From assembly GCA_963843015.1 (NCBI GenBank), contig CAWJIR010000006.1, forward strand, positions 32,763 through 96,762: DNA of 64,000 bases, read 5' to 3'. This DNA comes from an uncultured Chloroflexia bacterium. Its GTDB lineage: Bacteria; Chloroflexota; Limnocylindria; QHBO01. Made by a program: the position numbers and the translations under genes. The notes under the pieces are model-generated. The model worked only from the letters and a program-made list of their open reading frames with translations. It was not told where the DNA came from and did no database searches. This document shows, in pieces, positions 20,331-31,184 of this stretch; position 1 is the first letter of the stretch; each line of letters opens with the position of its first letter.

Positions 20331-21123
20331 TCAACCGAAGATGAAGGTCCAGCTCCCGAGCGCGACGCTGACGGCGACGGCCAGCGCCCCGAGGACGGCG
20401 GCTGCCCCGAGCAGGAGCCAGTCCGCACGACGCATCGTGGGCGGCCGGGCCAGCGTTCGTGGGGTGCCGCTGTCGAAGCCTCGCGCGTCCATCGCCAGCG
20501 CGAGCCTCGAGGCGCGGCGGATGGTCGACACCAGGAGGATGACCACGGCCGTGATCCCCAGCCGCGCGGCGACGAGCGGGTTGCGCCCCGCATCCACGCC
20601 CCGCGCCCGGCGGGCCATGCCGATGGTGCTGCCACTCGACGCCCAGGACCGGCACCAGCCGCAGCGACGCGAGCGCGCCGACCGCCAGCCGGGGCGGGAA
20701 ACGGAGATGGCCGATGAGCCCCGCCGCCAGGTCGGCGGGATCGGTCGTGGCCAGTGCCAGGCGTCCCGGCCAGGGCGATGGCGGCCACCCGGAGGCCCAG
20801 GCCCAGGCCGAGCATGACTCGATCCGTTCCGGGATCGGTGGACGGAACCGCCGCCGTCCCGGCCAGGAGCGCGTTCAGCGTCCCGAGCAGCGCGGCGACG
20901 GCGACGAGGGGAAGGAGGAGTCGGCCGAGGTCCCGGGGACGGATGCCGGTCCCGGCCAGGGCCGGCCAGCCCTTCCCCGGTGAGCAGGACGGCCGGGGTG
21001 ATCGGGATCCCGCGAAGCGAAGGCGACGGCCATGAGGATGACCGCGGCCCCGAGCTTGGCAATCGGATCGGCGGAGGGAAGGAAGGCCGTCGGGTCGGCG
21101 ATCACCGGCGGACGCATCTGCAT
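20331..21123 (-). CDS. ECF transporter transmembrane component T (YkoC-like), frameshifted
   Basis: DPIAKLG, hydrophobic helices, RRASRLALAMDARGF, MRRADW. Confidence 0.85.
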
Positions 21124-21126
21124 CGG

Positions 21127-22607
21127 TCAGGCCTCCGGCGCCCGCAGGCGTCAGGGTTCGGTCGGCCAGGGCATCGACCAGGGCCCGGTCGTGGGTGGCC
21201 ATGACCACCGCGCGGCCGCTGTCCACCAGCCCCGCCAGCAGCGACAGCATCTCGTCCCAGGTGCGGCGGTCCTGGCCGAACGTCGGCTCGTCGAGGATGA
21301 CGGCCTGCGGTGCCGTGGCCAGGGCGGTCGCGACCGAAAGCCGCCGCTTCTCCCCGCCCGACAAGGTGAAGGGGTTCGCCTCCCAGACGCCGTCGAGGCG
21401 CAGCCGCTCAGCCAGCTCCGCGGCGCGCTGCCTCGCCTCCGCCTCGGGCAGGCCGGTCCGGATCGGTCCGAGGGCAAGCTCGTCCGACACCCGGCCGGTC
21501 AGGAACTGGTGCTCGGGATCCTGGAAGACCGAACCGATGCGGGTAACCAGCTCGCGGGCCGGCCAGCGCCAGATGACCGACCCGGCGTGACCGGGCGCGA
21601 GGGCCTCGCTGGCGGTGACCTCACCGCCCTGCGGACGGAGGAGGCCGCCGAGCAGTCGGGCGAGCGTCGATTTGCCCGAGCCGTTGGGCCCGATCACGGC
21701 CAGGGCCTCCGAGGTCCGAACGGTCAGGTCGAGCCGGGTGAAGATCGGTCGGCTCGGCCAGCGGCGGGCGTGCGGAGAGCTGCTCGGCCACGATGAGCGA
21801 TTCGGCCGGCGGGGCCAGCAGCGGCCGCGCCGGCCGACGGCCCGCATGGTCCGGGGTCCAGATCCCGTGGCGGTCAAGCAGCTCGGCGTGACCGCCGAAT
21901 ACCTCCGCCGGCGGAGCCATCGAGGAGGATGCCAGCTCGCTTCGGCCATGACCACCACCCGGGTCACGAGCGGCAGCCACTCCGCAACCCGATGCTCGAC
22001 CAGGATCATCGTCATCGGGCGCGCGGCGACCATACGGGTCAGGGCGTCGCGGACCGCGGCCGCGCCCTCCGCGTCGAGGTTGGCCGTCGGCTCGTCGAGG
22101 AGCAGGAGGTCGGGCCGGAGGGCGAGGATGCCAGCCAGCGCCAGCCGTTGTTGCTCCCCGCCCGACAGCTGGTCGGTCGGGCGGTTCGGGCCGTATGGCC
22201 AGCCGACAGTCTCCAGTGCGGCCCGGACCGCGGGCCAGATCTCGTCGGTCGGCAACCCGCGATTCTCCAGGCCGAAGGCGACGTCGTCGCCGGCCCGGCT
22301 CATGACGATCTGGGACTCCGGGTCCTGCATGAGCAGCGCCGTCCGCGTCCGTACGGCACGCGGCGCCTCGCCGAAGACGCGGAGCTCGCCCTCCGACTCT
22401 CCCGCCACCACGATCGTCGGTCAGCCCCGCGACGTGCGTGAGCAGCGTCGACTTTCCTGACCCGGAGGCGCCGAGGAGCAGCACGCGCTCGCCCTCGGCG
22501 ATCCGCAGGTCGAGGTGGCGGACGGCCCAGCTGGTGCGGCCGGGGTGGCGCCAGCCCCAACCCTCGGCCTCGACGGCCGGTGGCGCCGGGTACGTCGCCT
22601 CGGTCAG
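21127..22607 (-). CDS. ECF transporter tandem ATPase (YkoD-like), frameshifted
   Basis: Two ABC cassettes: GASGSGKST/LSGGEQQR/LLLDEP and GPNGSGKST/LSGGEKRR/ILDEP; probable CTG start at 22607. Confidence 0.85.
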
Positions 22608-23176
22608 GTGGCCGCCTCGGCGGTGTCGCGGCCGGATGGGAACGCGGCCAGGACGCCGGTCGGCCGCAGGAGGCGGACGAGGTACCACGATCCGAGCCCG
22701 GCCGACGAGTGCGGCGCCGACCAGCATGAAGGCCCCGTAGGCGAGCTGGACGGGGACGGCGACGCCCGGCGAAGTACACGGTCATGTCGTGGAACCACAT
22801 CCCGACCGCGGCTCCACAGGCGGCCAGGACCGACATCGGCAGCGTCCAGCGGCGGTACAGGGCCAGGGCGAAGACGAGCTCGGCGCCGGCTCCCTGGACG
22901 AGGCCCGAGAAGATCGTGTCGAGCCCATACGGCGAACCGAGCAGCAGGGAGACCGACCGCCGCCATCGTCTCGGCCAGCAGCGCGGCGCCCGGCAGGCGA
23001 ACGATGAGCGGCGCCAGGACGGCGGGGATGAGCCACACGCCGGACAGGAGGTAGAGCGGTGGGGCGAACGCCGGAGCGGCCACCGCGTTGAACACCACGT
23101 TCCAGGCGGTGAAGACCACGCCAAAGGCCACACCGAGCGCGGCGGTGACCACGATGTCGACCGTTCGCCATCTCAT
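22604..23176 (-). CDS. ykoE: ECF S-component, YkoE family (thiamine/HMP), frameshifted
   Basis: MRWRTVDIVVTAALGVAFGVVF..WN, GVWLIPAVLAPLIVRLPGAA, GLVQGAGAELVFA; sits under a TPP riboswitch. Confidence 0.85.
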   Translation of the reverse strand: MRWRTVDIVVTAALGVAFGVVFTAWNVVFNAVAAPAFAPPLYLLSGVWLIPAVLAPLIVRLPGAALLAETMAAVGLPAARFAVWARHDLLGPRPGSRRRARLRPGPVPPLDAADVGPGRLWSRGRDVVPRHDRVLRRASPSPSSSPTGPSCWSAPHSSAGLGSWYLVRLLRPTGVLAAFPSGRDTAEAAT

Positions 23177-23832
23177 GGCAGCACGTCCTCGTTCGCGTGG
23201 CGCGATCTCGATGACGAGCAGCTGGCCCGATGCGACCGACACCGACGCGGGCGACTCGGTGACGATGTTCGCCAGGCCCCGCGACGAGCCAGCCTCCAGG
23301 CGGTCGTCGTCCAGCGGCCACTGCAGTCCTCGGGTCGTCACCCCGATCGGCCGGCCCGCCCACCGCGAAGCAGGCTGACCCGTGTTCCCGGCGGCCGGCA
23401 AGCTCGACGCGGGATGGGCCGGCCAGCTGTCGGGCGGTGGTCTGGTCATGGACCAGGCTGACGGGGCGGCCGGCGGCGAGATCGGAACCGAGGAGCAGGA
23501 GGTTCGCCGCGAGATGGTCGACTTCGCCCCCGAGTGCGCCGAGGATCACCAGCTCGTCGGCGCCGGCGGCCATGGCCGCGGCCACGCTCAGCTCGAGATC
23601 GGAGGCATCCTTGTCGACCGGGTGACGCTCGAGCGGCGACGCCGGCTCGCTCAGCTCGGTCGAGCAGGTCCGGATCGATCGAGTCGAAGTCGCCGACCAC
23701 GCGATCCGGGCTCCGACCGAGCGTGGCCAGCCAGTTCGCTCCGCCGTCGGCAGCGATCACGACGTCGGCACCGGCCAGGACGTCCCGATCCGTCGACGCG
23801 TGCGCTCCGTCGGCCACGATGACTGCCTTCAC
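23173..23832 (-). CDS. thiN: Thiamine diphosphokinase, frameshifted
   Basis: IAADGGA, VVGDFDSI, KDASDLE, GALGG..DH, GLQWPL, RGLAN. Confidence 0.9.
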
Positions 23833-23836
23833 GATG

Positions 23837-23925
23837 TCGACTCCCTACGCTGGCATGACCCAGGTCAGGTTCGAGGGTCTGCGGTGTCCCGCACTCTCAG
23901 CGCCAAGGCGCTCCCCTGTCGTGTC
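23837..23925 (-). ncRNA. TPP riboswitch
   Basis: Minus strand acAGGGGAGcgcc-ttggcg-CTGAGAgtgcgggacaccgcAGACCCTCGAACCTGACCTGGGTCATGCCAGCGTAGGGAGtcg matches TPP aptamer cores; extended -10 TGcTAGGCT just upstream (hexamer 23938-23943). Confidence 0.95.
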
Positions 23926-23966
23926 CCTGTCCACGGCAGCCTAGCACTCCGCGTACGATCGAACGG

Positions 23967-24451
23967 ATGGCGGGCGCAGACGAACGGGTCGCCGCCGCGG
24001 CGACGGCAGCCGGACTCGACGATCGTGGTCGAGCGCTTTCCGGAGGGAACCCGGACGGCCGCGGATGCGGCCCGGGCCGTCGGCTGCGAGGTGGGGCAGA
24101 TCGTGAAGTCGCTGGTCTTCATGGCCGACGGTCAGCCGGTCGTTGCCCTGGTGTCCGGTGCTGACCGGCTCGACACGGATCGCCTCGCCGCGACGCTCGC
24201 CGCTGTCACGGGTGGAGCGCGCCGACGGCGACGCCGTCCGGGCCGCCACTGGCTACGCCATTGGCGGCGTGCCGCCCTTCGGTCACGCCCAGCCGCTGCC
24301 GGTCCTCATGGATCGGGCGCTGCTCGCGTACGAGACGGTGTGGGCCGCGGCCGGTCGACCCGACGCGGTCTTCGCGGTCGCCCCGGAGGCACTCCGGCGC
24401 GCGAGCGGTGCCCGCGTGGCGGATCTCGCAGCCGACCGAGGCGCGGCCTGA
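23967..24451 (+). CDS. ybaK: YbaK/EbsC aminoacyl-tRNA deacylase, frameshifted
   Basis: TRTAADAARAVGCEVGQIVKSLVF, TGYAIGGVPPFGH, VWAAAG. Confidence 0.88.
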
Positions 24452-24458
24452 GTCGCGA

Positions 24459-25446
24459 TCACGGCTGCTGGCCCGAGTACACGTACAGCGGGATGTAGTA
24501 GCTGCCGAGCCGGGCATGGTCGAACCAGAAGATCGGTATCGACCTCGAGGTTGAACGCCTCGGTGTAGTAGCCCGTCGTGCTCGGCGCCCGAAGGCCGAA
24601 CGTGAATCGGCCGACGCCGTCGGGCGGAACTGCTGGCCGGATCCAGGTAGGTGGGGATCCACGAGGCGGGCCAGTCCGCGGCGCGAAACGCGCTCGAGCG
24701 CCAAGCCGGGTTCCAGGTCCCGAGCAGCAGCTGGCTGCCGGCCGCGTCGCGGAACCACGTTCGTCCGCCGGTATTCCGGAACTCCACCCAGTGGGTGATC
24801 GTCGTCAGCCGCTTGATGGCCACCGTGCTGCCGTTCGATTCGGCGTGATAGGCGGCCAGGTACGGCGACTCGACCGGGCCAGGTCGTCCACAGCCGACCG
24901 GCCATGGGATCGACGGAGACGCCCGATGACGGCTGAGCAGCTCGAAGTGGAGATGGGGCCCGGTGCAGTTCCCGCTGCATCCGGAGTGGCCGATGTGCTG
25001 CCCCGCCACCACGGCCTGGCCCAGCGAGACGAACGCTCCGTTCTGGGCCAGGTGGTAGTACAGCGTTTCGCGACCGTCGGCGTGGCGGAGCCGCACGAAG
25101 TTGCCAAACGACCCGTACTGGTAGGTCCCGAAGCCCTCCTGGAAGCTGACGACGGTGCCGTTGCGAGCGGCGGCGACCGGGGTCTGGACTGGCATCCCGT
25201 AGTCGAGCCCGGTGTGGTTGGTCGTAGACCCGGCCGAAGTGCGGCACGCTGTCGATCCACAGCTGACCCGTCCAGTCGAGCTGGTACCCGGCGCGCGGGT
25301 CGCGGTCGACGCCGTAGCTGAGCGCGATCGACGGGTTGTAGAAGGGCAGGGTGAAGTCGTCCGCCGCCGCGACCCGGGGCGCGAAAGCCTGGCTGACGAC
25401 AACGACGCCAACGAGACTGGCGATGAGCCGATACGCGGCGAGTCAT
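24459..25446 (-). CDS. Secreted M23 metallopeptidase with C-terminal Ig-like (NBR1-type) domain, frameshifted
   Basis: Signal peptide ending FAPRVAA-ADD; H-TGLDY, FGNFVRLRH, YYHL, SGCSGNCTGPHLHFE; C-terminal VEFRNTGGRTW...LGTWNP. Confidence 0.8.
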
Positions 25447-26456
25447 GGCCGGCACCCCCGCCCGCCACCGAGCCAGCAGCTCGACGAGCCGGCCTCGGTC
25501 AGGCGGCTGCCACTGACGTCGACGACCCCGGTCGTATCGGTTCCGAAGAGCAGGAGCAGCGTCCCGTCAGGGGAGAATCGAGCCGCCGACCCGGTGCCGA
25601 TCACGCGGGGCGGCGGACCGCTGCCGATCCGTTTCAGCCAGATGTCCCCGGCATCGGCCAACGCGAGCCGGTCTCCGACCGGACTGAGGTCGACGATCGT
25701 GCCGCGGTCCAAGCCGGTCAGAGGACGTCTCCGACCCGTCGGCGGCCACGCGCACCACGGACAGACCGCCCTCGCTCCGGTGGCGGGCCAGGACAAACGC
25801 CCCATCGGGGAGGGCCACCGCCTGGTACACGAGCTGGTCCTGCGCGGCGACCGACCCAGCGACCGACTCGGACCCCTCCCCTTTCCATGTCCACGATCTC
25901 GGCCGCGGCCCAGTACGGAGCCTCGACCGATGACAGGCGGAGGGCGAGGATGCGGCCGTCGGGCAGCACCGTGACATCGGAGCCGAATGGGCCGTCGGCC
26001 ACGAGGGCTGCGTCGCCGGTGGCCCGGTCAACGCGCCACAGGGAGCCGGCCTGGTCGACGACCGCGAGCCAACCGCCGCTGGGCGCGAATGCGGCGCCGC
26101 GCACCCCGGGAAGGGCAACCTCGATCTGCGTGCCGTCGGCGTGGGCGAGGCCCAGGGGCCCGATCTGGCCAGGGCCGACCGGCGTGAAGGCTACGGTCAA
26201 CCCATCCGGCGAAGCGGCCAGGATGCCAGGCCCGGGCGTGCGGTCGGCTGACTGGGCCTCGACCAGTCCCACGCCTTCAACCGCCCGGGTGGTCAGCGTG
26301 AGGATGCGGCCGCTGTCCCGCAGCGATGCGGCCTCGCGTACGGTGACCGGGGGCGGCGGGCCAGCCTGAACCGGGAGCGAGATGAGAATCCCGGTGATAC
26401 CGAGGCCGAGCGCACAGGGCGCCGGCGACGAGGAGCAGGGGAAAGCGGTGGAGCAC
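25443..26456 (-). CDS. Secreted or membrane-anchored beta-propeller (TolB/WD40-like) protein, frameshifted
   Basis: GGAGG plus GTG at 26456; N-terminal hydrophobic helix; repeated blade motifs ASPDG..VAF, FAPSGGWLAV, VLPDGRIL, LSPVGDRLA, FSPDGTLLL. Confidence 0.65.
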
Positions 26457-26626
26457 GACGAACCTCCGAACGATGCAAGGTGGAGAGGCGAAATCGATGC
26501 GGACGATTCAGGCGGCGGTTCGTTGCCTCGCTGGCGGGATACAGGCGTAGCCTGCGAGGTCTCACTTACCGGGCACGTACCGCATACTTCCCCGCCCATG
26601 AGCGCCGTCCACGTGACCCACTGGCC

Positions 26627-27386
26627 GTGACTGACCTCGCCATCTCGCTGGTGGCGGTGGCCCTCGGTGCGCTCGGAACGGTCGCCGGCGTCTGCGCTCA
26701 TCCGGGCCAGCGGCGCGAACACCGGCGCCGGTCGACGCTTGGCCGGGGCCCGCGGACATGGCCCTGCCTGACCTCCACGGCCTGGCCGAGCGAGAACGAG
26801 CTGCCGGGCGCTGCCGTGCGGGTCGAGGGCCGGGTGCGCTGCGCCGACCCCATCGTGACGCCCGACCGGCGAGCGGCTGGCCCTCCTCCATCGCGACATC
26901 GAGCTCCTGTCGGAGGACGGTCGGTGGCGGACCATCGAGCGGGTGCGCGACGCCCGGACGATCGACCTCTGGGAGCGGTCGGCCTCGGTCGGTCTGGACC
27001 TCGCGCACATCGCCGAGCCGCTGATCGCCATCCCCCACCTGTGGGAAGGCGACGCCGACGAGCTGGGCGCAGCCATGCAACCGGCTGTCGAGCGCGTCCG
27101 GGCAGAGCATGGAGCGCCGGGACCCGCCCGAGCCACCACCCGGCAGGTGCTGTTGGTGGATCAGCTCATCGTGCTCGCCGTGCCGGCTCGCGGCGACGAC
27201 GGGAAGCTCAGGCTCGATCCGCCGCCCGGTGGATTCCTGGTCACCAATGTGGACCTCGACGTGGCCATGCGCCTCCTCGCCGGTCCGCAGCGACGGCGGA
27301 TGGTGGCCGGCTACGCGGTCGCCCTGGGCGGCATCGTGGTCCTGGTGGCGGGAGCGGCCAGCGCGATCGTCACCCTCATGGTCTGA
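26627..27386 (+). CDS. Two-TM membrane protein with GIDE-like central domain, frameshifted
   Basis: N-terminal TM, VRVEGRVRCADPIVTP, W..IER, C-terminal LDPPPGGFLVTN then TM; family assignment by pattern recognition only. Confidence 0.55.
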
Positions 27387-27403
27387 GCGACCGCAAACCG
27401 CGC

Positions 27404-27439
27404 TTCGTACCAGCCACCTGGCCGGTGCGGTGGTACGAA
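27404..27439. terminator. Hairpin downstream of the GIDE-like gene, possible terminator
   Basis: ttcgtacca ... tggtacgaa 9-bp inverted repeat with an imperfect inner extension; no U-tract. Confidence 0.35.
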
Positions 27440-27538
27440 CGGGGCATGGAGACCCGCACCTGCCGTTTCTAGCATGGGCTGCACGCCGCCTACCAGATCC
27501 TCCATTCATCTCCTGGTGGCGGGGACAGCGAGGACTCA

Positions 27539-30376
27539 TTGGTTTCAGCGCCTTCCAGCGGATCCCGGCCCGACGCGCTCATCAGCGTGGCGCAGGCGGC
27601 TGCCCTGCTCGGCGTCCACCCGAACACGGTCCGAGCCTGGACCGAGAACGGCCGGCTTACCGCCTGGCGGATCAACCCCCGCGGTGATCGGCGCTATCGG
27701 CGGGCGGACGTGGAACGGCTGCTGGCCGAAGGGGCGGGCACGGCCGGGCTCGACAGCACGCCGACCGCGGGGACGCGGATCGCCGACACGGACGCGGAGG
27801 CCGCCGTCCTGACCCGAATCTCCCAGGGCACGGTGGATGCGGGCAGCGTGGCTGCCGTCTGCCGGGTCACGGTGGAGTCGCTCCGTACCGTCGAGGCCAT
27901 CGCCCGGGTCGCGGTGTACCTCGTGCGCGACGACCGGCTCGTGCTCGAGACCCACGCCGGGCACAGCGCACCTCCGCCGCCAACCCTGTCATGGCCCGCG
28001 GACGCTGACGACATCGCCCCCGATGGCAGCATCCGGCTGCCGTTGACCATCGGCCAGGAGCGCATCGGCGTGCTGCTGGCCGCCGATGACGTCGACGGCG
28101 CGTGGATTCGCAGCCGACGGCGGTTCATGACCGCGGCCGCCGCCACGGCCAGCGTGGCGCTCCGCCATGCCCGGACCATCGCCCGCGCCCGTCGCGAGCT
28201 GACGCGGGCCAGGGCCCTGGCCAGCGTCACCCGGGAGCTGACCGGGCAGCTGGAGCTCGGCGCGGTTCTGAGTGACATCGCCGATCGGACGCGCGGCCTG
28301 TTCGACGCCGACCGGGTGGGCCTGTGGATGATCAACGACGAGCGGGAGCATCCGTTCGACCTGGCCGCCGAGCGTGGGATCAGCCCCGCCTTCCAGGCGA
28401 TGGTCAGCCAGCTCACGTTCAACAGCCCCTCGCTCGGGACGCAGGCCGTCCGAGAGCGGCGGACGTTCGTGGCCCGCCACGCGGACACCGACCCGAGCGT
28501 CGGCGCGCTCCAGGCCGTCTACCGCGACGAGGGGGTCAAGACGGCATGCCTCGTGCCGCTGGTGAGCCACGACCGCGCGGTCGGCGTCATCGGCCTCTAC
28601 CACTCTCGCGACCGGGAATGGCCCGACGATGAGCTGGCCCTGGCCCAGGCCTTCGCCAACCAGGCCGCGGTGGCCATCAGCAACGCGCGCCTGTACCGCA
28701 ACACCGCCGAGCAGGCCGCGCGGATGCGGTCCATCCACGATCTGTCCGCCCGCCTGAACCGGCTGACCGATGTCCAGGCCATCGCCGACGCCATCGTGGC
28801 CGAGGCGAGCACCCTGGCCGCGTTCCACGACATCCGGATCTACACCGTCGACTGGGAGCACGGGACCTGCGAGCCGATCGCCTTCACCGACCGGCTGCTG
28901 GGGGACGGCGACTTCCGCGATCTGCTGCGGGTCGACATCGGTCCGGGCTCGTTCACCGGCTGGGTGGCCGCCAACGCGCAGCCCATCCTCAGCAACGACG
29001 CGCTGAACGACGAGCGGGGCCACACGATCGAGGGCACCGAGGAGATCGAGGAGTCGATGCTCGTCGTGCCGATGGTCTACGAGGGCCGATCGGTGGGCGT
29101 CATCGCCCTGTCGAAGCTGGGCGTGAACCAGTTCTCGACCGACGACCTGCAGACCATGATGATCTTCGCCGGCTACGCGGCCCAGGCCCTCGTCAACGCC
29201 CGCAGCTACCGACGGCTCGAGGAGCAGTCCAGCCAGCTCGCTCGCCAGCTCGAGTCGCAGCGGAAGCTGCTCGACGTCAGCACCCGGGTCACCGGCACGC
29301 TCGAGCACGAGGACGTCCTCGAGGTCGTGGCCGACGGCCTGAAGGCCGTGGTCTACGTACGACAACCTGTCCATCTATCGCGCGGACCTGGCGAAGCAGG
29401 TCCTCGTCCCGGTCCTGACCCGCGAGGAGCACGCCGAGGAGGTCGCCCGCTACATCATCCCGTTCGGGCGCGGGCTCATGGGCTGGGTGGTGGAGCACGC
29501 GCGAAGCGGTCCTCGCCAACGACGCCCTGGCCGACCCCCGGGCCGTGCAGATCCCCGGCACGCCCGCCGGACCAGGAGGCGCTGGTCGTCGTCCCCCTCA
29601 TCAGCGACGGCCAGGTCACCGGCATCCATGAACGTCGGCCGAATCGGCGGCGAGGACGTCTACTTCAGCGAGACCGATTTCGAGCTCGTCCAGCTGTTCG
29701 CCGCGCAGGCCGCGGTCGCGCTCCGCAACGCGGACGAGCACCACGCCATGAGCATGCGAGCGGAGACCGACGCCCTGACCGGCCTCGGCAACCACGGCGC
29801 GTTCCAGCGCGACCTGGCCACCGCGACCGAAGCGGCCGCCAGCGCCCCACCCGAGGCAGGTCAGCTCGGTCTGCTGATGATGGACCTCGACCGATTCAAG
29901 ACCTACAACGACCGCTTCGGCCATCCGGCCGGCGACGCGCTGCTCCACGCGGTGGGCGAGGCGCTGTACGCCGCCACCCGAAGCGACGACCGGGTGTACC
30001 GATACGGAGGCGACGAGTTCACGATCGTCCTGTCCGGGGTCGACCTGGCCGAGGCCCAGCGGGTGGCGGAGCGTGCCCGGCGGCTCGTGGCGGCGGTGTC
30101 GCTCGAGCGCGGAGCGGCGCCGGTCACGATCACGGTCGGCGTCGCCCTGTTCCCCGACCACGGGGCGACGAAGGATGCGCTCATCGCCGCGGCCGACGCC
30201 GCGATGTACGCCGGCAAGCAGGCGGGCGGGGACCGGGTCGTGGTCCCGGGCGAGGCCGACGCCGGCGGCCGCCGCGAAGCCGCCGAAGCCGCGCGACCGC
30301 GACACGGCCATCGTCCCCGACGGCGGCGGAGCGACGCGCCGAGCGACCCGCGAGCCCGAAGACCACCGCCGCCTGA
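27539..30376 (+). CDS. Diguanylate cyclase with N-terminal BldC/Xis-like HTH and four GAF domains, frameshifted
   Basis: GAGGA plus TTG start; SVAQAAALLGVHPNTVRAW..NGRL....NPRGDRRY; four GAF repeats ending AAVAL/ISNA; DALTGLGN, DLDRFKTYNDRFGHPAGD, RSDD (I-site), RYGGDEF; 3' end uncertain. Confidence 0.85.
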   Translation: MVSAPSSGSRPDALISVAQAAALLGVHPNTVRAWTENGRLTAWRINPRGDRRYRRADVERLLAEGAGTAGLDSTPTAGTRIADTDAEAAVLTRISQGTVDAGSVAAVCRVTVESLRTVEAIARVAVYLVRDDRLVLETHAGHSAPPPPTLSWPADADDIAPDGSIRLPLTIGQERIGVLLAADDVDGAWIRSRRRFMTAAAATASVALRHARTIARARRELTRARALASVTRELTGQLELGAVLSDIADRTRGLFDADRVGLWMINDEREHPFDLAAERGISPAFQAMVSQLTFNSPSLGTQAVRERRTFVARHADTDPSVGALQAVYRDEGVKTACLVPLVSHDRAVGVIGLYHSRDREWPDDELALAQAFANQAAVAISNARLYRNTAEQAARMRSIHDLSARLNRLTDVQAIADAIVAEASTLAAFHDIRIYTVDWEHGTCEPIAFTDRLLGDGDFRDLLRVDIGPGSFTGWVAANAQPILSNDALNDERGHTIEGTEEIEESMLVVPMVYEGRSVGVIALSKLGVNQFSTDDLQTMMIFAGYAAQALVNARSYRRLEEQSSQLARQLESQRKLLDVSTRVTGTLEHEDVLEVVADGLKAVVYVRQPVHLSRGPGEAGPRPGPDPRGARRGGRPLHHPVRARAHGLGGGARAKRSSPTTPWPTPGPCRSPARPPDQEALVVVPLISDGQVTGIHERRPNRRRGRLLQRDRFRARPAVRRAGRGRAPQRGRAPRHEHASGDRRPDRPRQPRRVPARPGHRDRSGRQRPTRGRSARSADDGPRPIQDLQRPLRPSGRRRAAPRGGRGAVRRHPKRRPGVPIRRRRVHDRPVRGRPGRGPAGGGACPAARGGGVARARSGAGHDHGRRRPVPRPRGDEGCAHRRGRRRDVRRQAGGRGPGRGPGRGRRRRPPRSRRSRATATRPSSPTAAERRAERPASPKTTAA

Positions 30377-30424
30377 CCTGCGTCCCGGGCGCGCCGCGGA
30401 CCGGATGCTATCCTCGCCTCCCCA

Positions 30425-31173
30425 ATGCGTGATCGACGCCGCGTCCCGCTGCGCGCTGCGCCGCGGACCGTCCTCCGCGGGCGCGGCGCGTGGTCCCTCC
30501 TTGCTCCTCGCTGGCCGTGGCGGCCGCGTGCGGCACCGTGACGCCATCGCCGTCGCCGAGCGCGTCCTGCCGCCGGCGACGCCCATCCCCACACCGACCC
30601 CGCTGCCCACCCCCGCTTCTCGAACGAGGACGATCCCGCGCTGTCGGCGCTCATCCCGGACGAGGTCACCGGCCTGGTGGTCGTGAAACCGCCGACTCAC
30701 CGAGTACGCGATCACCCCCGGTGACATCGGCCAGGCCGCGTACGGCGAGCTCGGGCGCGCGGTTCGAGACGCTCGTCATCGCCTTCATCCGCGACCCGCG
30801 GCTGAGCCTCTACGCGGTGCGGGTGGACGGCCCGCCGGTCCTGACCACGGACCTCGAGCCACACCTCGCCACCGCCGGCCGATACGTCGGCATCGCCGGC
30901 CTCGACCCGGAGCCGTGGGAGCTGACGGACGTGGCCGGCCACTGGGTCTGGGTCCGGCCGTCGGACAACGCGACCCTGCCCGGGACCCACGGTCTACACC
31001 TGGGCCGCGGACGACGTCGTGTTCCTCATGATCGGGGTCAACGACGAGCATCAACCGTGCCCTGCTCGCGCTGCTGCCCGGCGAGCCGCCGCCCACGCCG
31101 AGCCCGGCGCCGTCGACCAGCCCGGGCGCCAGCGCCAGCCGAGGAGCCATCGGCCAGCCCATCCGGCTCCTAG
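30425..31173 (+). CDS. Hypothetical lipoprotein with Pro/Ser/Thr-rich termini, frameshifted
   Basis: Basic N-terminus, lipobox-like LAVAAAC-G, PSPSP linker, globular middle region. Confidence 0.5.
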
Positions 31174-31184
31174 ACTGTCGGCGC

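Noticed and set aside
27390-27530. Possible c-di-GMP riboswitch upstream of the diguanylate cyclase (GCAAACC)
   Set aside because: No GNRA tetraloop/receptor or second-stem consensus; only a simple hairpin is seen
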